64,000 bases of DNA, taken from positions 17,050,001 through 17,114,000 of the forward strand of contig CM022670.1 in the NCBI GenBank assembly GCA_012295275.1. Reading direction: 5' to 3'. Under the pieces are notes generated by a model that saw only the letters and a program-made list of their open reading frames with translations, was not told where the DNA came from and ran no database searches. Position 1 is the stretch's first letter; every line of letters starts with the position of its first letter. Positions 60,562 through 64,000 of this stretch are shown here, in pieces. This DNA comes from Chrysomallon squamiferum. Taxonomy: Eukaryota > Animalia > Mollusca. A program made the translations under genes and the position numbers.

Positions 60562-63500
60562 CAGTGAAAGATCATCAAGACAATGGAAACTGCATGTACT
60601 GTGTTATGTATATTCTCTATAGTAGACTGTCTACACTACAGACTACATCGCAGTCTACAGTGTCTACATCAGACTGTACACTAGACTATCTGCTTTACAC
60701 TGTTTACTCTGGACTGTCTATGGCAGACTGTTGTTAAAGTGCTCTTATTCGTGCAATATTCCACACACTTCCAGCTTTCAGGGATGGTGTGATTTTTTAC
60801 AGACAACTTGACTCTGTGAATCAGATAAAATACAACAGTGAAAGTATGAAGTGGGACACCGACTGTGTGGTGAAGGAAATACTGGACGAGATGAAAGATA
60901 CTGATAACACATAACTTCATGTTCTGATCTGTTCCTGATTCTCTTTGTTGGAGAAGATACGATGTTATCACACTTTACAAAATGAAGAAATACTTTTTGG
61001 GGGCCATTCATTGTAAAGAGAGAATATGAATGCATTGGGCTGTTCCTTTGCTGTGTTATTTGATATTACAAACAGTGAAAAAAAAAGAGAAAAGGTTTTA
61101 AAATTCAAAAAAAAAAAAATAATACCCACAATGATAAATGACAAACATGATATACAGCTTTTCATAAAAACTCTTCCTTGAAATGAACCAAGAGATTTTT
61201 TTATTTTGTAAAATTGTACTTATTTTTGTTTTGTTTTGTTTTGTTTTTTATTTGATTTTCTTGTTGTTTTTTTGTTGTTTTTATTTATTATTATTTATTA
61301 CTTACTTTTTTCAGCAACGCTAATTTTACTAAAGGTCACAGAAGTAATGAACTTTCTGAATATAAAACATTTGTGTTAGCTGTTCTCTTTGTTTCAGAGT
61401 TTAAAAAACTGATCATTATTCCTGCCACAGTATTAGTAATTAAAAACAGAGAAAGGGCACTGGTTTATAACCAGGTTTTTTTTAAACTAACCACAACGAA
61501 ATATCAATAACTCTTCTCTCCAAAAATACAGTATTAGCAGAAATTTTCTATTTTATAAATCAGCAATTTTTTTTAAAGAATACAATTTAACTATTACTGC
61601 AAATTCAATAATAATTCAATAACTTCTTTAGTATTGTTTTTGAATGAAGAAAATGTTAATATTGCTAACTTAAATTGTTAAATTAACAGTAATTCAATCA
61701 CTTCTATAGAATAAAATCTAATGAAGATTCTTACGAGTTTTGTCAGAAGAGATGTGTTATCAGTGTAAATATTAAGTAACAGTATTACAGGCAGGGTATT
61801 AACCAGTTCGCTTGTTTCACCACACCGCATTTTCATTTCATATTTAAAGTGTACCTTTGGTGATATGAAGAAGCAGACAAAATGTATTCTGCATATTTCA
61901 AAATTAAGCTTTATTTGGTTTCTGTCATCAATTTTTAGTTAATAATGAAGTTAAAGATCGCAGTTTAATAACGTCTGGGCCACTTCCGTTTTTTTTTTTT
62001 TTTTTTAGAGACGTCGCTGTGTACTGGTTGCTTGTAGCATTCAAAAAAAAACCCAGTAATTATAAATTAAAAGATATTATGTTAAAAATAAATTTAAAAT
62101 ACAGCAATCAGTATGATTGAATGATGTTATGACACTATTTGTAAAAAAAAAATTAGTGGATTTAAAATATCATGTAACAATATTATTCTGTTGTTATAAT
62201 TTTGTTATTAATGATTAGGCCTATGTAATTATAGAGGGCTCATAATTTAAAATAAATAATAATAATAAATAAATAATTAAATAAATAATAATGATAACAA
62301 CAACAACAATAATTATGTTAATAAATAAATAAATAATAATTTGTTAGTATAAAGGATTTTTTTAGATAGTTCATTCATATCATCACAGATACACTTTGAA
62401 TTGTGAAGTTTTTAAACAAAAAAAGTATAAATAATACATTTTTCTCTTTTATCTGAAATTTTTTTTCATGTACATAGATAGCATTCATCATCATCATCAT
62501 GTTTTATTTAAACACTTACCTTCATCACTTCATTTTATTAATTGTACAAAGTACACACACATACATCTTTTGATATATGATTTATTTTTGTACCATACCT
62601 GTAAATATCTGTTATTTACAAACTGCTATTTATTAATTTATGTATCATTATTTCACTGCCAACTTCTGTCAAAAAAAAAAAAAAAAAAAAAAAAAATGTA
62701 TTCAGAATTCAACAACACAGAATATTTACTTAAAGAAATTTTGAGTATAAAAAATTTGAATTTTTGCTTTTGTCAGTATTTAAAAGGAAGGCTTACTAAG
62801 TACTGAAACAATTTTGCAAGTTTCATGAATTAATATATTTTTTAGTAGTTCACTAGTTTAATGAAATCTTTATTTCATACAAACAAACCAGTGAGATGTA
62901 ACAAGCTCATAAACTATTTTCACACATGTTTGTAAAAATGCAAATCTTGCTTACAGTTATTGATTCAAGCACCAGAAAGGTAAACAGCTATCAGATTATT
63001 TAACAGTTTCAGTTTTGTTTTCAATTAATTATTTTTTTTCACTATGCATTAACAGAACTGAACGATTCTAGTGCTTAAATCAGCAACTGAAAACAATTAA
63101 TGCTAATAACAGCTGATTTCTTTAATAAAAACCAATTTATTTTATTACAAAAATGTTTTTGTTTTTATTTAAATAACACCTGGTGAATCTCTGGGCAAAG
63201 TAATGCATTGGGGCCCCTGCGTTCACAACCATGTGAAATTTACTGACCCACCCCACACCCAGCCACAGCATACAGGCCTGTGTGTTCCCTGCACCAGTGT
63301 GTTATCTGGGTATCCAACTGCATACCCAGGGCAACCACACCTTAAGATAGCTTTGATGTGTTGTTTTACATGCATTAGTGTTTCAAATTTATAACAAAGT
63401 AATTTTTGATTTGAACTGAGAAGAAATAGTTTTGTCAGCCAACAAAATCAGATATTAAAAATAGGTTATCACCCCAAGAAAAAAAATAACATTTTCTTGA

Positions 63501-64000
63501 AAAGAATTGTTTATGTTTGTTTATGAATAAACTGGTTCTATTCAGAGTATTATAGACATTTTTTTTTTGGTCTTTTATCTTTAAATTTATATTCAAAATT
63601 TTGATTGGGTTATTTTGTAATATTTTTTAATGGCTTGGTTAACACACACACACAAACACACACACACACACACACACACACAATTCTCTGCCTTCTTACA
63701 ACAAGTTACAGCAAGAGTTGTGACATAACTCTGTCCATACAGAAATAACAACATTAACAACAAACCTTTGTTGTGTCCTGTAACAGAAACAAGCCACATC
63801 TAACTCATTAGAACACCAACAAACAATATTATCATTTCATAAGCACAGTTTATTATAAACCCATAGCAAAAAAACTCAGTTACAGTCAATTACCAAACAA
63901 CATTTGCCATTGGCAATTAACTCAGTTCTATAGACCATTTCAGTGAAAGCTTCTCAAGGTAAATATTTGTAATAATATTGACAGTTGATTACCTGTGTGT

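Larger units (their letters stand above)
59352..60697. repeat. Inverted repeat pair (arms 59352-59411 and 60643-60697)
   Basis: taaagcagatagtctagtgtacagtctga (29 nt) is the exact reverse complement of 60669-60697. Complementarity continues about 30 nt further with mismatches and a 5-nt bulge. Confidence 0.9.

Overview
AT-rich, microsatellite-laden eukaryotic genomic DNA from an invertebrate animal, probably a lophotrochozoan or mollusc (inferred from gene content and protocadherin type). Four spliced protein-coding genes can be rebuilt by hand with GT-AG introns and consistent phases. (1) An SLC1A/EAAT glutamate transporter (minus strand, 8 coding exons, 3145-15727, 534 aa). (2) CFAP95/C9orf135 (plus, 5 exons, 20562-24520, 221 aa). 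(3) HINFP/MIZF histone H4 transcription factor (minus, 9 exons, 27152-31650, 480 aa). (4) A 7-EC delta-type protocadherin (plus, 55905-60561, 948 aa) behind a ~21 kb gene desert. A tRNA-Pro(TGG) sits head-to-head with CFAP95. The most striking structure is in the protocadherin tail. The 5' splice site of its CM1 exon has been amplified into a ~16-copy tandem array. The first 8 donors are exactly 45 nt apart, stop-free and all in phase with a terminal exon encoding a PDZ-type C-terminus (-ASYV). The region is bracketed by a ~60-nt inverted repeat that could pair in the pre-mRNA. A candidate 15-nt microexon in CFAP95 and a near-perfect intronic hairpin in the EAAT gene were also seen. Most ORF-track entries are microsatellite or antisense artefacts. 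No database searches were run; homology calls rest on recalled family motifs.
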